Positions 1 through 10,123 of a stretch of DNA of 64,000 bases are shown piece after piece. The notes beneath the pieces were generated by a model. The model did no database searches and was not told where the DNA came from. It saw only the letters and a program-made list of their open reading frames with translations. Location of the stretch: assembly GCA_043810925.1 (NCBI GenBank), contig JBDRNT010000091.1, forward strand, positions 18,800 through 82,799. The letters run 5' to 3'. This DNA comes from Candidatus Eiseniibacteriota bacterium. Its GTDB lineage: Bacteria; Arandabacterota; Arandabacteria; Arandabacterales; Arandabacteraceae. The stretch's first letter is position 1, and each line of letters starts with the position of its first letter. The position numbers and the translations under genes are program-made.

Positions 1-759
1 GCAACCGAGGCGCAGCCCGAGGACGATCATACGCCGGACCCGGGTGTAAGAGCATACATAACCACTTGCGCTGCGGGAGCGAGCCAGGGTACGAACGATG
101 TGGACGGCGGCAAAACCACACTTTTAAGCCCGGTATTCGACCTGTCGACCTATTCCAACGCATGGGTTCGCTACCACCGCTGGTACAGCAATGACACCGG
201 TGCTTCCCCCGAGGACGACGACTGGATCGTCGATGTCTCGGCAGATGCGGGATCGACCTGGGTACGACTTGAGACACTCACATCGAGCAACCGGACCTGG
301 CATATGGTTGAACGCAATCTGTCCGATTACATCGAGCTGACCTCCGACGTTAAGTTCAGGTTCATAGCAGCGGATAACGATCCTGGTTCAATCGTCGAGG
401 CCGGCATTGACGATTTCTCGATCGTCTTCTACGACGATGGACTCAGCGGCCTCACCGATGCCGGGAACCGCGCACACGGCGGCATTATGCTAGATCAGAA
501 CGTTCCCAACCCGTTCAGTCCTCAGACGGCAATACGCTTCACGGTTCCCGAGCCCGGGCGAGAAGTCACACTAAGAGTCTTCGATGTTTCGGGACGTGAG
601 GTCAAGACATTGCTGAAGGACGAGAAGGTGGCCGGATCGCACACGGTCCACTGGAACGGGACGAATGACGCGGGCGAGGAGATCGCGGCCGGACTCTATT
701 TCTGCCGTCTCGTTTCGGGCGACATCCGGCTTTCGCGGAAGATCGTCCTCGTGCGATAA
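1..759 (+). CDS. Secreted protein, 5'-truncated at window edge, with T9SS-type C-terminal sorting domain
   Basis: Frame of ORF 100..759 is open back to nt 1 (no stop), so the gene starts upstream of the window. Last ~80 aa (NVPNPFSPQTAIRFTVPEPGREVTLRVFDVSGREVKTL...GLYFCRLVSG...RKIVLVR) match the Por/T9SS C-terminal (FlgD-Ig-like) sorting domain pattern. Confidence 0.6.
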   Translation, partial: ATEAQPEDDHTPDPGVRAYITTCAAGASQGTNDVDGGKTTLLSPVFDLSTYSNAWVRYHRWYSNDTGASPEDDDWIVDVSADAGSTWVRLETLTSSNRTWHMVERNLSDYIELTSDVKFRFIAADNDPGSIVEAGIDDFSIVFYDDGLSGLTDAGNRAHGGIMLDQNVPNPFSPQTAIRFTVPEPGREVTLRVFDVSGREVKTLLKDEKVAGSHTVHWNGTNDAGEEIAAGLYFCRLVSGDIRLSRKIVLVR

Positions 760-929
760 GGCCATGTGTCCTCCCACTTTCTGTTGAGAGTGGTGTGGTA
801 CCGCACAATAATCAAGCTAAAGGCCATCCCCAGGCCTACCGACACCTCAAGTGGAGGTCGGTCCATCCGACGGTAAGCGTGAGGTCGTATACTATTCCAG
901 ATAACCGGGACGACTACATCATCTGCTTG

Positions 930-1559
930 ATGGCTTGGTGCATCCGGTGGTGTCACCCGCAACACCACATCCTGAGGTTCTGTCTTCTCATAACCTGCCT
1001 GACATCTCTTGCGGCCATTTCCGTAAATCCCGCCGGTGCCGCAGACAAACAGGTGAGCGAGTACGAAGTAAAGGCTGCCTGTCTTTACAATTTCATCAGG
1101 TTTGTCGACTGGCCGGAAACCGGGAAGACCAAACCGGACAGTCTCATGGTCATCGGCATTCTTGGTGAGGATCGCTTTGGAAATGCATTCGCACCGGTCG
1201 AGGGCAGGCTCGTCAAGGCCAACAGCAGGAGGCTGTTGATCAAGAGGTTCGGTCACTATGACCGTGGGGTGGACCCCACGGCATGCCATGTGCTCTTCAT
1301 AAGCGCAACAGAGCGAACCAATGCAAGAAGAATCATCAAGGACTTAGAGAACGCTCCCGTCCTCACCGTCGGTGAGTTCGAGGGCTTCCTCGAGCTCGGA
1401 GGTATCATAAACCTGATCACAGTCGACGAGAAGATCCGCTGGGAGGTCCACCGTGGACAGGCGGACCGGGCAGGTCTGGAATTCAGCTCGCAGCTCCTCC
1501 GAACCGCGACCAGGGTGCTTGAAGCCGGAGGCCGGACCACAAAGAGCGGGGCAAGGTAG
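930..1559 (+). CDS. YfiR/DUF4154-like periplasmic protein
   Basis: ORF 795..1559; likely ATG at 930 gives signal peptide [25 protein letters not shown]. Motif [16 protein letters not shown] typical of DUF4154/YfiR; lies directly upstream of a TM-periplasmic-TM-HAMP sensor kinase. Confidence 0.5.
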   Translation: MAWCIRWCHPQHHILRFCLLITCLTSLAAISVNPAGAADKQVSEYEVKAACLYNFIRFVDWPETGKTKPDSLMVIGILGEDRFGNAFAPVEGRLVKANSRRLLIKRFGHYDRGVDPTACHVLFISATERTNARRIIKDLENAPVLTVGEFEGFLELGGIINLITVDEKIRWEVHRGQADRAGLEFSSQLLRTATRVLEAGGRTTKSGAR

Positions 1560-1564
1560 ACCGT

Positions 1565-4351
1565 ATGTTTGATTTCCGAAATCTGACCATCAGGAAGAAA
1601 CTGACGGCGATCGTGATGATCACGAGTCTCGCCGCTGTTCTTATCGCATACATTGCAGGGATGGCACTCACCACGACCTCTCGTGTCCAGACTCTGGCCA
1701 GCGAGCTGGCCTATCTGGCCGATATCGTCGGCCGAAACTGCCAGGCCGCCATAGCATTTGATGTTCCCGAAGATGCCCGCCAGATACTCTCCGCGCTCGG
1801 TGCGAATCCATCAATAAGACTCGGCTATGTCCTTAACCCAAGTGGCACTGTTGTCGCTACCTATAGCCATGAACCTTCCGAACCGGTAGAACCCATACCT
1901 TCCGATGCCGGTCGGACTCAATTCACCCTTAACTCTCTGACCGTCTTCCGGGAAATCTATCTCGATGGAGAACGGATTGGAACAGTCTGCCTTCAGGACG
2001 ATATGAGCGAGATACACGGTGACCTCAGACGTGATGCGCTGATCCTCACGCTGGTGATCGTGGTGGCACTGCTTACCGCCTACCTGATCTCTTCGAGGCT
2101 CCAGCGGATGATCTCAGGACCCATCACGCGCTTGGCAAGTGCGGCCAGAGCCGTATCGGACGGTGAGGACTACTCCGTACGCGTTGAGAAGCAGAATGAG
2201 GATGAGGTCGGTCTTCTGATAGACGCCTTCAACGATATGTTGGCCCAGATACAAGAGCGAGATACAGCACTTGAGGAATCCAATGTAAACCTCGAGGAGA
2301 GAGTCATGGACCGCACAAAGCAACTCGAGGAGGCGACGGAACGCGCCAATGAGCTGGCTGAAGAGGCCTTACGTGCCAACACGGCCAAGAGCGAGTTTCT
2401 GGCCAACATGAGTCATGAGATCCGTACCCCGATGAACGGTGTCATAGGAATGACCGGGCTGCTTCTCGATACGGACATGACCACGGAACAAAGAGAGTTT
2501 TCAGAGACGATTAAGAAGAGTGCCGATTCGCTGCTGATGATCATAAATGAGATTCTCGACTTCTCGAAGATCGAGGCAGGTAAGATGGAGCTTGAGATAC
2601 TGAATTTCGATCTCCGTGTTACTCTTGAGGATCTAAACGATCTGATGGCATTGAAAGCCCAGCAGAAGGGTCTGGAGTATGTCTGCATTGTGGATCCCGC
2701 AGTGCCTTCATTTGTCGAGGGCGACCCCGGCAGGTTGCGTCAGATCCTCATCAACCTGGTCGGTAATGCCATAAAGTTTACTACCGAGGGGGAGATCGTC
2801 GTCGGTGTGAGTCTGGACCGTGAGGATGATGAGGAGGCAGTCATACGGTTTGCAGTCAAGGACAGCGGGCCGGGTATTCCACGGGACCGGCGGGATTCAC
2901 TCTTTGAGGCTTTTACCCAGGTTGACGCATCTACAACGCGGAAACATGGCGGCACCGGACTGGGGCTTTCCATTTCCAAGCAACTTGCCGAGTTGATGCA
3001 CGGTGGGATCGGGGTTGACAGCACGGAGGGTGAGGGTTCGAACTTCTGGTTTACCGCGGCGCTGGCAAAGCAGCAAGCGAAGCCCGAGCCACCGGTCTTG
3101 ACCGATGTCGATATCAGCGGTATGCATATTCTGGTGGTCGACGACAACGCCACAAACCGCCGCTTCCTGTCGAGTCTGCTCCGGACGTGGAACTGCCGCC
3201 CCGTTCTTACTGAAGACGGACAAGCAGCGCTGAAGGAAGTCCACACAGCCGCCCGGAACGGCGATCCTTTCACGACAGCGATTGTAGACATGCAAATGCC
3301 GGAGATGGATGGCGAGACTCTCGGCCGCAAGATCAAAGATGATGCGGAAATCAAAGACACGAATCTTGTAATGCTCACGTCGGTCGGCAGACGCGGAGAT
3401 GTCTCCCGGCTGGAGCAACTGGGCTTTTCAGCCTACCTGACCAAGCCCGTTAAGCAATCAGCCCTTTATGATTGCCTTGTATCGATCCGGGCGGGGAGAA
3501 AGTCCATCGCGCCAGGGAGGACCCGTCGCATCATCACGAGGCACAGCCTGGCGGAGAACAGACGTCGTAAGATCCGGATTCTCCTTGCCGAGGACAACAT
3601 TGTCAACCAGCAGGTCGCATTGAAGATCCTTGATAAGATTGGCTTCCGCGCGGATGCGGTTGCCAACGGGCGGGAGGCGCTTGAGTCATTGAAGAACGTT
3701 CCATATGACGTTGTCATCATGGACTGCCAGATGCCGGAGATGGATGGTTACGAGGCCACCAGGCGCATCCGGGACACGTCATCGGCCGTACGCAACCACA
3801 AGGTACCGATCATCGCAATGACCGCAAACGCCTTGCAGGGCGATCGGCAGAAATGCGTTGACGCCGGCATGGACGACTATGTTTCCAAACCGGTCGAACC
3901 CGAGGATCTTGCGGAAGTACTCAGCAGATGGCTCCCGACCGAACCGCCGGAGCCGAGGAGGGTCACCCCTCCACCCTCGGACGGCAAGGAGGTGCTTGAC
4001 CGCGAAGATCTCCTCAGGCGCCTGGGTGGAGACGAAGAGATGGTCCAGCAGATTCTGGAAACCTTCATGCAGGATGCACCAAAACAGTTGATCGCTCTTA
4101 AGCAGGCCGTGGAGGCCAATGACATCACCCTTGCCGAACGGCATGCCCACACCCTCAAGGGGGCGGCGGGCAATGTCGGGGCTCGAGCCCTCCACAACGC
4201 AGCTATGAAGGCGCAGGAAGCTGCCGAAAGGGGAGACCCAGGAGAGATTTCCCGGATGGTGGAAGCAGTTGAGTCGCAATTGGCCGGTCTTGAGAGAGCC
4301 TTGAGTGAAACATCCGGCAAAGCAGGTTCCGCCTGCGAGGGCTTAAGATGA
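1565..4351 (+). CDS. Hybrid sensor histidine kinase (TM - periplasmic sensor - TM - HAMP - HisKA - HATPase_c - REC - REC - Hpt)
   Basis: 928 aa. Two TM segments flank a ~120-aa periplasmic domain; HAMP ([15 protein letters not shown]...); H-box [14 protein letters not shown]; two receiver domains with D-x-x-MPEMDG; C-terminal Hpt ([14 protein letters not shown]). Confidence 0.9.
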   Translation: MFDFRNLTIRKKLTAIVMITSLAAVLIAYIAGMALTTTSRVQTLASELAYLADIVGRNCQAAIAFDVPEDARQILSALGANPSIRLGYVLNPSGTVVATYSHEPSEPVEPIPSDAGRTQFTLNSLTVFREIYLDGERIGTVCLQDDMSEIHGDLRRDALILTLVIVVALLTAYLISSRLQRMISGPITRLASAARAVSDGEDYSVRVEKQNEDEVGLLIDAFNDMLAQIQERDTALEESNVNLEERVMDRTKQLEEATERANELAEEALRANTAKSEFLANMSHEIRTPMNGVIGMTGLLLDTDMTTEQREFSETIKKSADSLLMIINEILDFSKIEAGKMELEILNFDLRVTLEDLNDLMALKAQQKGLEYVCIVDPAVPSFVEGDPGRLRQILINLVGNAIKFTTEGEIVVGVSLDREDDEEAVIRFAVKDSGPGIPRDRRDSLFEAFTQVDASTTRKHGGTGLGLSISKQLAELMHGGIGVDSTEGEGSNFWFTAALAKQQAKPEPPVLTDVDISGMHILVVDDNATNRRFLSSLLRTWNCRPVLTEDGQAALKEVHTAARNGDPFTTAIVDMQMPEMDGETLGRKIKDDAEIKDTNLVMLTSVGRRGDVSRLEQLGFSAYLTKPVKQSALYDCLVSIRAGRKSIAPGRTRRIITRHSLAENRRRKIRILLAEDNIVNQQVALKILDKIGFRADAVANGREALESLKNVPYDVVIMDCQMPEMDGYEATRRIRDTSSAVRNHKVPIIAMTANALQGDRQKCVDAGMDDYVSKPVEPEDLAEVLSRWLPTEPPEPRRVTPPPSDGKEVLDREDLLRRLGGDEEMVQQILETFMQDAPKQLIALKQAVEANDITLAERHAHTLKGAAGNVGARALHNAAMKAQEAAERGDPGEISRMVEAVESQLAGLERALSETSGKAGSACEGLR

Positions 4352-4947
4352 AAGTGCTCATAGCAGAAGATGATCTGACCTCCAGGCAGATACTTGAGTC
4401 CCTGCTCAAAAAGTGGCACTACGATGTCATTGCCGTTGAAAACGGTACCGACGCACTGGAGAAACTCCAGGCCGCGGACGCTCCCCGTCTTGCCGTGCTG
4501 GATTGGATGATGCCCGGCCTGGACGGGGTGGAGGTCTGCCAGAGAGTCCGCGAGTCCGATGTGGACGAGCCACCATACATAATCCTTCTGACCGCCCAGT
4601 CGAACAAGAATGACGTTGTAGCCGGGCTCGCCGCCGGGGCAGACGATTATATCGTCAAACCGTTTGACTACTCCGAGCTTCAGGCCCGCATCGAGGTCGG
4701 AGTGCGTGTCATCAAACTCCAGCGCGATCTTGCCACCAGGATCGCCGATCTCCAGGACGCCCTCGAACACGTCAAGACTCTTCAGGGTCTGCTGCCTATC
4801 TGCATGCATTGTAAGAGCATCAGGACGGACGAGAAGAGCTGGGAGAAGATCGAGGGATACATCGCCGGCCACTCCGATGCCCAGTTCACCCACGGCCTCT
4901 GCCCGGAGTGCCTGGAGAAGTACTACCCTGAACTTACCAAGAAGTAA
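4348..4947 (+). CDS. Response-regulator receiver protein with Cys/His-rich C-terminal module (no HTH output)
   Basis: 199 aa. N-terminal REC (KVLIAEDD...[10 protein letters not shown]...YIVKPF); C-terminal [39 protein letters not shown] (CxxC...H...CxxC). ATGA start/stop overlap with the upstream kinase. Confidence 0.85.
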   Translation: MKVLIAEDDLTSRQILESLLKKWHYDVIAVENGTDALEKLQAADAPRLAVLDWMMPGLDGVEVCQRVRESDVDEPPYIILLTAQSNKNDVVAGLAAGADDYIVKPFDYSELQARIEVGVRVIKLQRDLATRIADLQDALEHVKTLQGLLPICMHCKSIRTDEKSWEKIEGYIAGHSDAQFTHGLCPECLEKYYPELTKK

Positions 4948-5025
4948 TCACCGGGCTTCGTTTCCCTGTAATGTCGGGGTTCCGCCCCCGGCGATCCGTA
5001 CGGAGGCCCGATCCGGCGGTACCCG

Positions 5026-6417
5026 CTAGTGTGCGAAGATCCTGTAACCCCATGGCGGAAGGATCACTTGATCTTCACCCTCGAACGTCACGGCCACGCT
5101 GCTGAAGACATCCATGTACTCGCCCGTGTGGGAAGTTCCGAGAAGTGTGATCTCCTCCTCAAATGCCGAGAGATTCAGAACCACAAGGATCTTGTTTCCG
5201 CTCTTCTCGCGCGTGAAAGCAAAAACAGCATCATCATTCGAGGTATGTACCCATTCTACCGCACCCCCGCGGTCTCCGGTCCAGAGCGCCTCGTTCTGCC
5301 GCTTCAGATTGAGCAGGGTGGTATAGAAACCTCCTAACTCGTAGTCGCCCCACACGATTTCATCCTTATCAAAGAAGCGAAGACGCTTATCGAGTCCCGC
5401 CTCCTGCCCGCTGTAAACCTGGGGCATACCGTCGAGCATTGCCGTTAACACTGCGAACGCCTTGACCCCGTCTCCAAGTCGCTCGAAGACCGTACCGTTC
5501 CAGGAGTTCTCATCATGATTCGATGTGTAGTACATCCGGTAGGCGCCATCGGGGTAAGCCGACACTTCGTAGCTGATCTGATAGCCGACCGCGCTCGCCG
5601 GAGCATGTCCCCGCACTATACTGCTTGTCAGATAGTTGAGGCTCAAAGCGTAGGTCATATCAAATCCGTGCTCATGAGCTGTCGGGGACTCCCATTCCGC
5701 CAGCATGAGTAGGGGTTTCAGGGCCTTGAGTTCGGCGTTCGCGGCCGCCCAGAAGTCCAGGGGCAGCATCCCGGCGGCATCACACCTGAACCCGTCTATG
5801 TCTGCCTCGTCAACCCAGAACTTCATCGCTTCGATCATATACTCACGCAGTTCGGCATTGGTGAAGTCCAGCTGGATCACGTCCCACCAATCCGGCACGG
5901 GCGGCACGAAATTCCCGTGTTCGTCGTGAACGTACCAGTCGGGATGCTCAACAGTCAGGGGATTGTCCCAGGCAGTGTGATTGGCGACCCAATCGATCAT
6001 CACATACATCCCCATCTCGTGGATTGTGTCAACCAAAGCCTTGAAGTCACCCAGAGTGCCAAACTCAGGATTCACATCCAGGTAATCCCTGACTGAATAG
6101 TAGCTCCCCAGGCTGCCTTTACGATTGATCATACCTATCGGGTGGATGGGCATGAACCAGAGAATGCCGACACCCATTTCCTGTAGTCGCGGCAGGTGTT
6201 CCTGGAATTCCCTGAAGGTCCCACCGGGAGAATACTGCCGGACGTTGACTTCGTAGATGCTCGCATTGTAGCTCCACCCGGTGTGATCCGGTGTCGTCCG
6301 GTCTCCGGGTTGGAGATGATCGGAGTCACACGACCCCGTAACCAGACAACCGGTTGCCACAACCAGGGCGAACAATCGCAGGCGGTGCTGCACCACCCGG
6401 CGAAATGTGATTCCCAT
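5026..6417 (-). CDS. GH13 alpha-amylase family lipoprotein
   Basis: ORF 5026..6504; ATG at 6417 preceded by AAAGAGGTGA SD. Lipoprotein-like signal (LVVATGCLVTGSC). GH13 motifs: DWVANHT, GFRCDAAG, EWES, YTSNHD. Confidence 0.85.
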   Translation of the reverse strand: MGITFRRVVQHRLRLFALVVATGCLVTGSCDSDHLQPGDRTTPDHTGWSYNASIYEVNVRQYSPGGTFREFQEHLPRLQEMGVGILWFMPIHPIGMINRKGSLGSYYSVRDYLDVNPEFGTLGDFKALVDTIHEMGMYVMIDWVANHTAWDNPLTVEHPDWYVHDEHGNFVPPVPDWWDVIQLDFTNAELREYMIEAMKFWVDEADIDGFRCDAAGMLPLDFWAAANAELKALKPLLMLAEWESPTAHEHGFDMTYALSLNYLTSSIVRGHAPASAVGYQISYEVSAYPDGAYRMYYTSNHDENSWNGTVFERLGDGVKAFAVLTAMLDGMPQVYSGQEAGLDKRLRFFDKDEIVWGDYELGGFYTTLLNLKRQNEALWTGDRGGAVEWVHTSNDDAVFAFTREKSGNKILVVLNLSAFEEEITLLGTSHTGEYMDVFSSVAVTFEGEDQVILPPWGYRIFAH

Positions 6418-6563
6418 CGTCACCTCTTTCACCTGCTTGATTATGCTTGCCGGTCCACTGCGCGTCAAGCACCTCACCCAGGTCGGAGTCCATACGGCCG
6501 GCACGGGGATGCGACGCTACATTTCAAGACCTGATCCCACGGGCGTGACCCCACGGGTACTTT

Positions 6564-7328
6564 TCAGCAGCCCCCGGGGAGGTTGAAGAGAGTGCGGGCA
6601 TTGGTCTCAGTCAGGTAGGCGATCTCATCAACAGGTCTTGAGAGAATCCCCGCTATCTTCGCCAGGACGAATTTGACATATGCGGGCTCATTGCGCTTAC
6701 CTCTGAATGGGACCGGTGTAAGGTAGGGACAATCCGTTTCGACGAGCACCCTGTCGAGCGGCACACGCTTCAGTATCTCCCGTGTGTCTTTCCCGTTGTA
6801 GGTTATGGGGCCGGCGAATGAGATATACAACCCGAGATCCGTCGCCTGTCTTGCAAGATTGACATCGCCCGAGAAGCAGTGGAGGACACCGGAGGTCACC
6901 TTCTCGTCTTTCAAGATCTCCAGAGTTCGTCTGTGGGCTTCTCTGTCATGGACTACGATTGGAAGGCCCTTCTTCCTGGCCAGGTCGATCTGCCGTCTGA
7001 AAGCTCGTTCCTGCGACTGACGTGGCGAGAGGTTTCTGTAGAAATCGAGCCCGATCTCACCGATGGCTACCACTTTTGGATCATCCGCCAGGTCCTCCAG
7101 CTTTTCGAGCAGGTCGGCGTTGAGGTTCCTCGCATCATGAGGATGCACACCAACCGCCGCGTAGACATCCTCATGTATGCCTGCCAGATGAACCCCGGCT
7201 TCACTGGATGCAACGTCAAACCCGACGTTTATCATCGCAGTGACGCCGCCCTCACGCGCCCTCGTGATCACGGCGTGGAGATCTTTTCTGTACTGCCTCA
7301 TTGTGAGATGGGCGTGGCTGTCTATCAA
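6564..7328 (-). CDS. tatD: TatD-family metal-dependent hydrolase/DNase
   Basis: 254 aa, MIDSHAHL... start, characteristic TatD motifs (HCFSG, VETDCPYL). Confidence 0.9.
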   Translation of the reverse strand: MIDSHAHLTMRQYRKDLHAVITRAREGGVTAMINVGFDVASSEAGVHLAGIHEDVYAAVGVHPHDARNLNADLLEKLEDLADDPKVVAIGEIGLDFYRNLSPRQSQERAFRRQIDLARKKGLPIVVHDREAHRRTLEILKDEKVTSGVLHCFSGDVNLARQATDLGLYISFAGPITYNGKDTREILKRVPLDRVLVETDCPYLTPVPFRGKRNEPAYVKFVLAKIAGILSRPVDEIAYLTETNARTLFNLPGGC

Positions 7329-7337
7329 GGGACTGCC

Positions 7338-9257
7338 TCAGGATATCCTGGCGCCGGCCCTGGCGTCCTTGTCCGGGACCACAATAATCACATTGTCTCC
7401 GTCGGTCGCGGCAAGGAGCATCCCCTGAGACTCAACACCCCTGATCGTGGCGGGTTTGAGATTGGTGATGACGACTATGTTCTTTCCGACAAGGGACTCC
7501 GGTGTGTAATGGGCGGCTATCCCCGCGACTATCTGCCGTTCCTCTTCTCCGATATCGATGTGCAACTTGAGAAGGTTCTTGGCGCCCTCCACCATTGTCG
7601 CGCTCTTCACATGTGCGATCCTGAGATCGATCTTCTTGAAATCATCGATATCCAGCAACATCTCTTCCTCCTCCTTGCGAGAGGTTTCGTGGTCTCCCGG
7701 TTCGATCCTCGGAAACAGAGGCTTGAGTGTGCTTATCCCTGCAGACAACCCGTCCCAGGTATCGCGCCAGACGAGGCTCCGCTCGATGTGATCGCGCGGG
7801 ATCTCTTCCTTTATCCCGAGCGCCTCCCAAATGCCCTGCGCCTTCACGGGCATGAACGGAAACAGGAGGACAGCCGTGTTCCGCAAGACCTCGCTCACCG
7901 TGAAGAGAACGCCTGCGGCTTCCCGCTTGCCGTCCTCTTTCTTCATCAGCGCCCAGGGGGCGCTTTCCTCGATATACCGGTTTGCTGCTCTCACAACTTT
8001 GAACACTTCCGCGATTCCGATATGCAGATCATAAGCATCCATTGCTTTGAAATAGGCATCCGTCGCCTCCCTGCATACGTCTCTCATCTTCCCGGCCGAT
8101 ACATCCGCACGCTCGCTCTCAGGCGGTATTTTCCCGTCGAAGTACTGTTTCAGCATGCCGCAAGTTCGGCTGACGAGATTGCCGAGATCATTCGCAAGCT
8201 CCGAGTTATAGCGCTGGATGAACTGCTCCCAGGAGAAATCCCCGTCCTTACCAAACACAACCTCTCTTGAGAGGTAATACCGGAGAGAATCCGGCCCGTA
8301 CTTCCGTGCCAGATCCAGCGGCTCAACGATATTGCCGAGTGTCTTGCTCATCCTCTCGCCCTTGAAGGTCACGAAACCGTGGCCGAAGATCGTACCCGGC
8401 AGCTCGATCCCCGCGCTCATCAGCATCGCAGGCCAGAGGATACAGTGAAACCGTGTTATATCTTTCCCGACGACGTGCAGGTCTGCGGGCCAGTATCGTG
8501 AGAACAGTTCCATGTCGTGCGGGAAACCGATTGCCGTCAGGTAGTTTATCAGGGCATCGAACCAGACATAGAAGACGTGATCGGGGTCGGTCGGCACGGG
8601 AATACCCCAGCTGACCCCCGACCGCGAAACACTGACGTCGCTCAGCCCCCCTTTTATGAAGCTGACGATCTCGTTCTTCCGTGACTCCGGCCGGATGAAA
8701 TCAGGATTGGCCTCGATGTGCCGCAGCAGCGGTTCGGCGTACTTCGACAGGGAGAAGAATAGGTTCTCCTCTTCGATCCACTTCGGCTCCATTTTGTGAG
8801 CAGGACACTTCCCGTCTACCAGGTCCTCCTCCTTGAGAAAACCCTCACAGGAAACACAATACCACCCGGCATACTTGGACCTGTGTATGTCGCCCTTGTC
8901 ATTTATCCGGCGAAAGATCTCATTGACGGCGCGCGCATGGCCCTCCTCCGTCGTCCTGACAAATCTGTTGTAGGAGATCTCTATCCCCTTCCAGGTGTCT
9001 TTGAAGATCTTTGCCATACCATCAGTGAACTCCTCCGCCGAAACCTTCTTCCGTGTCGCACCCTTGTGTACGTTCTGGGAGTGTTCATCGTTGCCCATCG
9101 AGAAGAATGTGTCATGTCCCTTGAGCCGAGCGTATCTGGCTATGATGTCACAGCAGACCTTCTCGTAGGCCGTGCCGAGGTGAGGAACGTTATTCGCATA
9201 GTCTATCGCCGCCGTGATGTAGAACTTATCCTTCGGCATCTGCGTCTTCTTCCTCAT
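7338..9257 (-). CDS. metG: Methionyl-tRNA synthetase with C-terminal tRNA-binding domain
   Basis: 639 aa; HIGH-type motif (PHLGTAY), KMSKS (RMSKTLGN), Zn knuckle cysteines, C-terminal EMAP-like tRNA-binding domain. Confidence 0.95.
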   Translation of the reverse strand: MRKKTQMPKDKFYITAAIDYANNVPHLGTAYEKVCCDIIARYARLKGHDTFFSMGNDEHSQNVHKGATRKKVSAEEFTDGMAKIFKDTWKGIEISYNRFVRTTEEGHARAVNEIFRRINDKGDIHRSKYAGWYCVSCEGFLKEEDLVDGKCPAHKMEPKWIEEENLFFSLSKYAEPLLRHIEANPDFIRPESRKNEIVSFIKGGLSDVSVSRSGVSWGIPVPTDPDHVFYVWFDALINYLTAIGFPHDMELFSRYWPADLHVVGKDITRFHCILWPAMLMSAGIELPGTIFGHGFVTFKGERMSKTLGNIVEPLDLARKYGPDSLRYYLSREVVFGKDGDFSWEQFIQRYNSELANDLGNLVSRTCGMLKQYFDGKIPPESERADVSAGKMRDVCREATDAYFKAMDAYDLHIGIAEVFKVVRAANRYIEESAPWALMKKEDGKREAAGVLFTVSEVLRNTAVLLFPFMPVKAQGIWEALGIKEEIPRDHIERSLVWRDTWDGLSAGISTLKPLFPRIEPGDHETSRKEEEEMLLDIDDFKKIDLRIAHVKSATMVEGAKNLLKLHIDIGEEERQIVAGIAAHYTPESLVGKNIVVITNLKPATIRGVESQGMLLAATDGDNVIIVVPDKDARAGARIS

Positions 9258-10110
9258 TGTGTCCCTTCTGGCGTTTCAGCAGCTTCTTTGCAAGACTAGG
9301 CTTCTTTATAGCATCGAGTGTCAGTCTCATCTCGTTGCCGTTCTCATCTTCAACAACGACCGCCTGTGCGAAAATATCTATGCTGGTTACCGTTGCTTCA
9401 CCGTATGCAGTATCGACCCGCGTCCCGACCTTGGGTAGCCGCTTTGCGACTTCCATATAGTAGTCGCGCTCAAACGCAAGACAGCACATCAGCCTGCCGC
9501 ATGCGCCCGATATCTTTGTCGGGCTGACAGACAGGCTCTGGTCTCTGGCCATCTTGAGCGTCACCGGTTCAAACTCCTGGAGGAAGGTCGTACAGCAGTA
9601 CTTCCTGCCGCACGAGCCGATCCCGCCCAGTCTCTTGGCTTCATCTCTTACACCTATCTGCCTGAGCTCAATCCTCGTCTTGTAGATCCCCGCCAGGTCT
9701 TTAACCAGCTCCCTGAAGTCCACCCGCTCATCCGCCGTGAAGAAGAAGGTTATCTTGCTGCAATCCAGCTGATACTCAACATCAACCAGCTTCATCTTAA
9801 GATCCCTTCCGGCGATCTTGTCTTCACATACTTTGCGAGCCTCTTCCTCCTTCTTCTTGTTCTCATCGTGCTTCTTGACATCCTCATCATTCGCCCTGCG
9901 CAGCAGCTCCTGAGTGACCGGTCGCAGCTCTGTCATACTGTTGAGCGCCTCCCCGCACCTGATAATCCTCCCCATATCCCGTCCTCGCTCGACCTGGACA
10001 ACAACGTAATCACCGACCTCTACCGGCAGGTTCTTGTTGTCGACGAAGTACGCCGTTCGCTCACCCTTAAACTCCACCTGTACTATCTTCTTGCCGTTGG
10101 ATTCTTCCAT
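9226..10110 (-). CDS. PSP1 C-terminal domain protein (RicT/YaaT-like)
   Basis: 294 aa; Cys-rich PSP1 core (GSCGRKYCCTTFL...CGRLMCCLAFE). Confidence 0.75.
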   Translation of the reverse strand: MEESNGKKIVQVEFKGERTAYFVDNKNLPVEVGDYVVVQVERGRDMGRIIRCGEALNSMTELRPVTQELLRRANDEDVKKHDENKKKEEEARKVCEDKIAGRDLKMKLVDVEYQLDCSKITFFFTADERVDFRELVKDLAGIYKTRIELRQIGVRDEAKRLGGIGSCGRKYCCTTFLQEFEPVTLKMARDQSLSVSPTKISGACGRLMCCLAFERDYYMEVAKRLPKVGTRVDTAYGEATVTSIDIFAQAVVVEDENGNEMRLTLDAIKKPSLAKKLLKRQKGHNEEEDADAEG

Positions 10111-10123
10111 GTTACCCCACCGT

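Noticed and set aside
100..759. Treating 100..759 as a complete 219-aa gene
   Set aside because: Reading frame is open to nt 1 and the 'start' is an internal GTG; gene is truncated by the window edge
4975..4990. Short CGGGG-N6-CCCCG hairpin between convergent RR and amylase genes
   Set aside because: 5-bp stem, no U-tract; not convincing as a bidirectional terminator
6879..8270. 463-aa ORF on + strand
   Set aside because: Entirely antisense to metG, which has unmistakable MetRS motifs; product is low-complexity Arg/Pro/Leu-rich, typical shadow ORF in high-GC DNA
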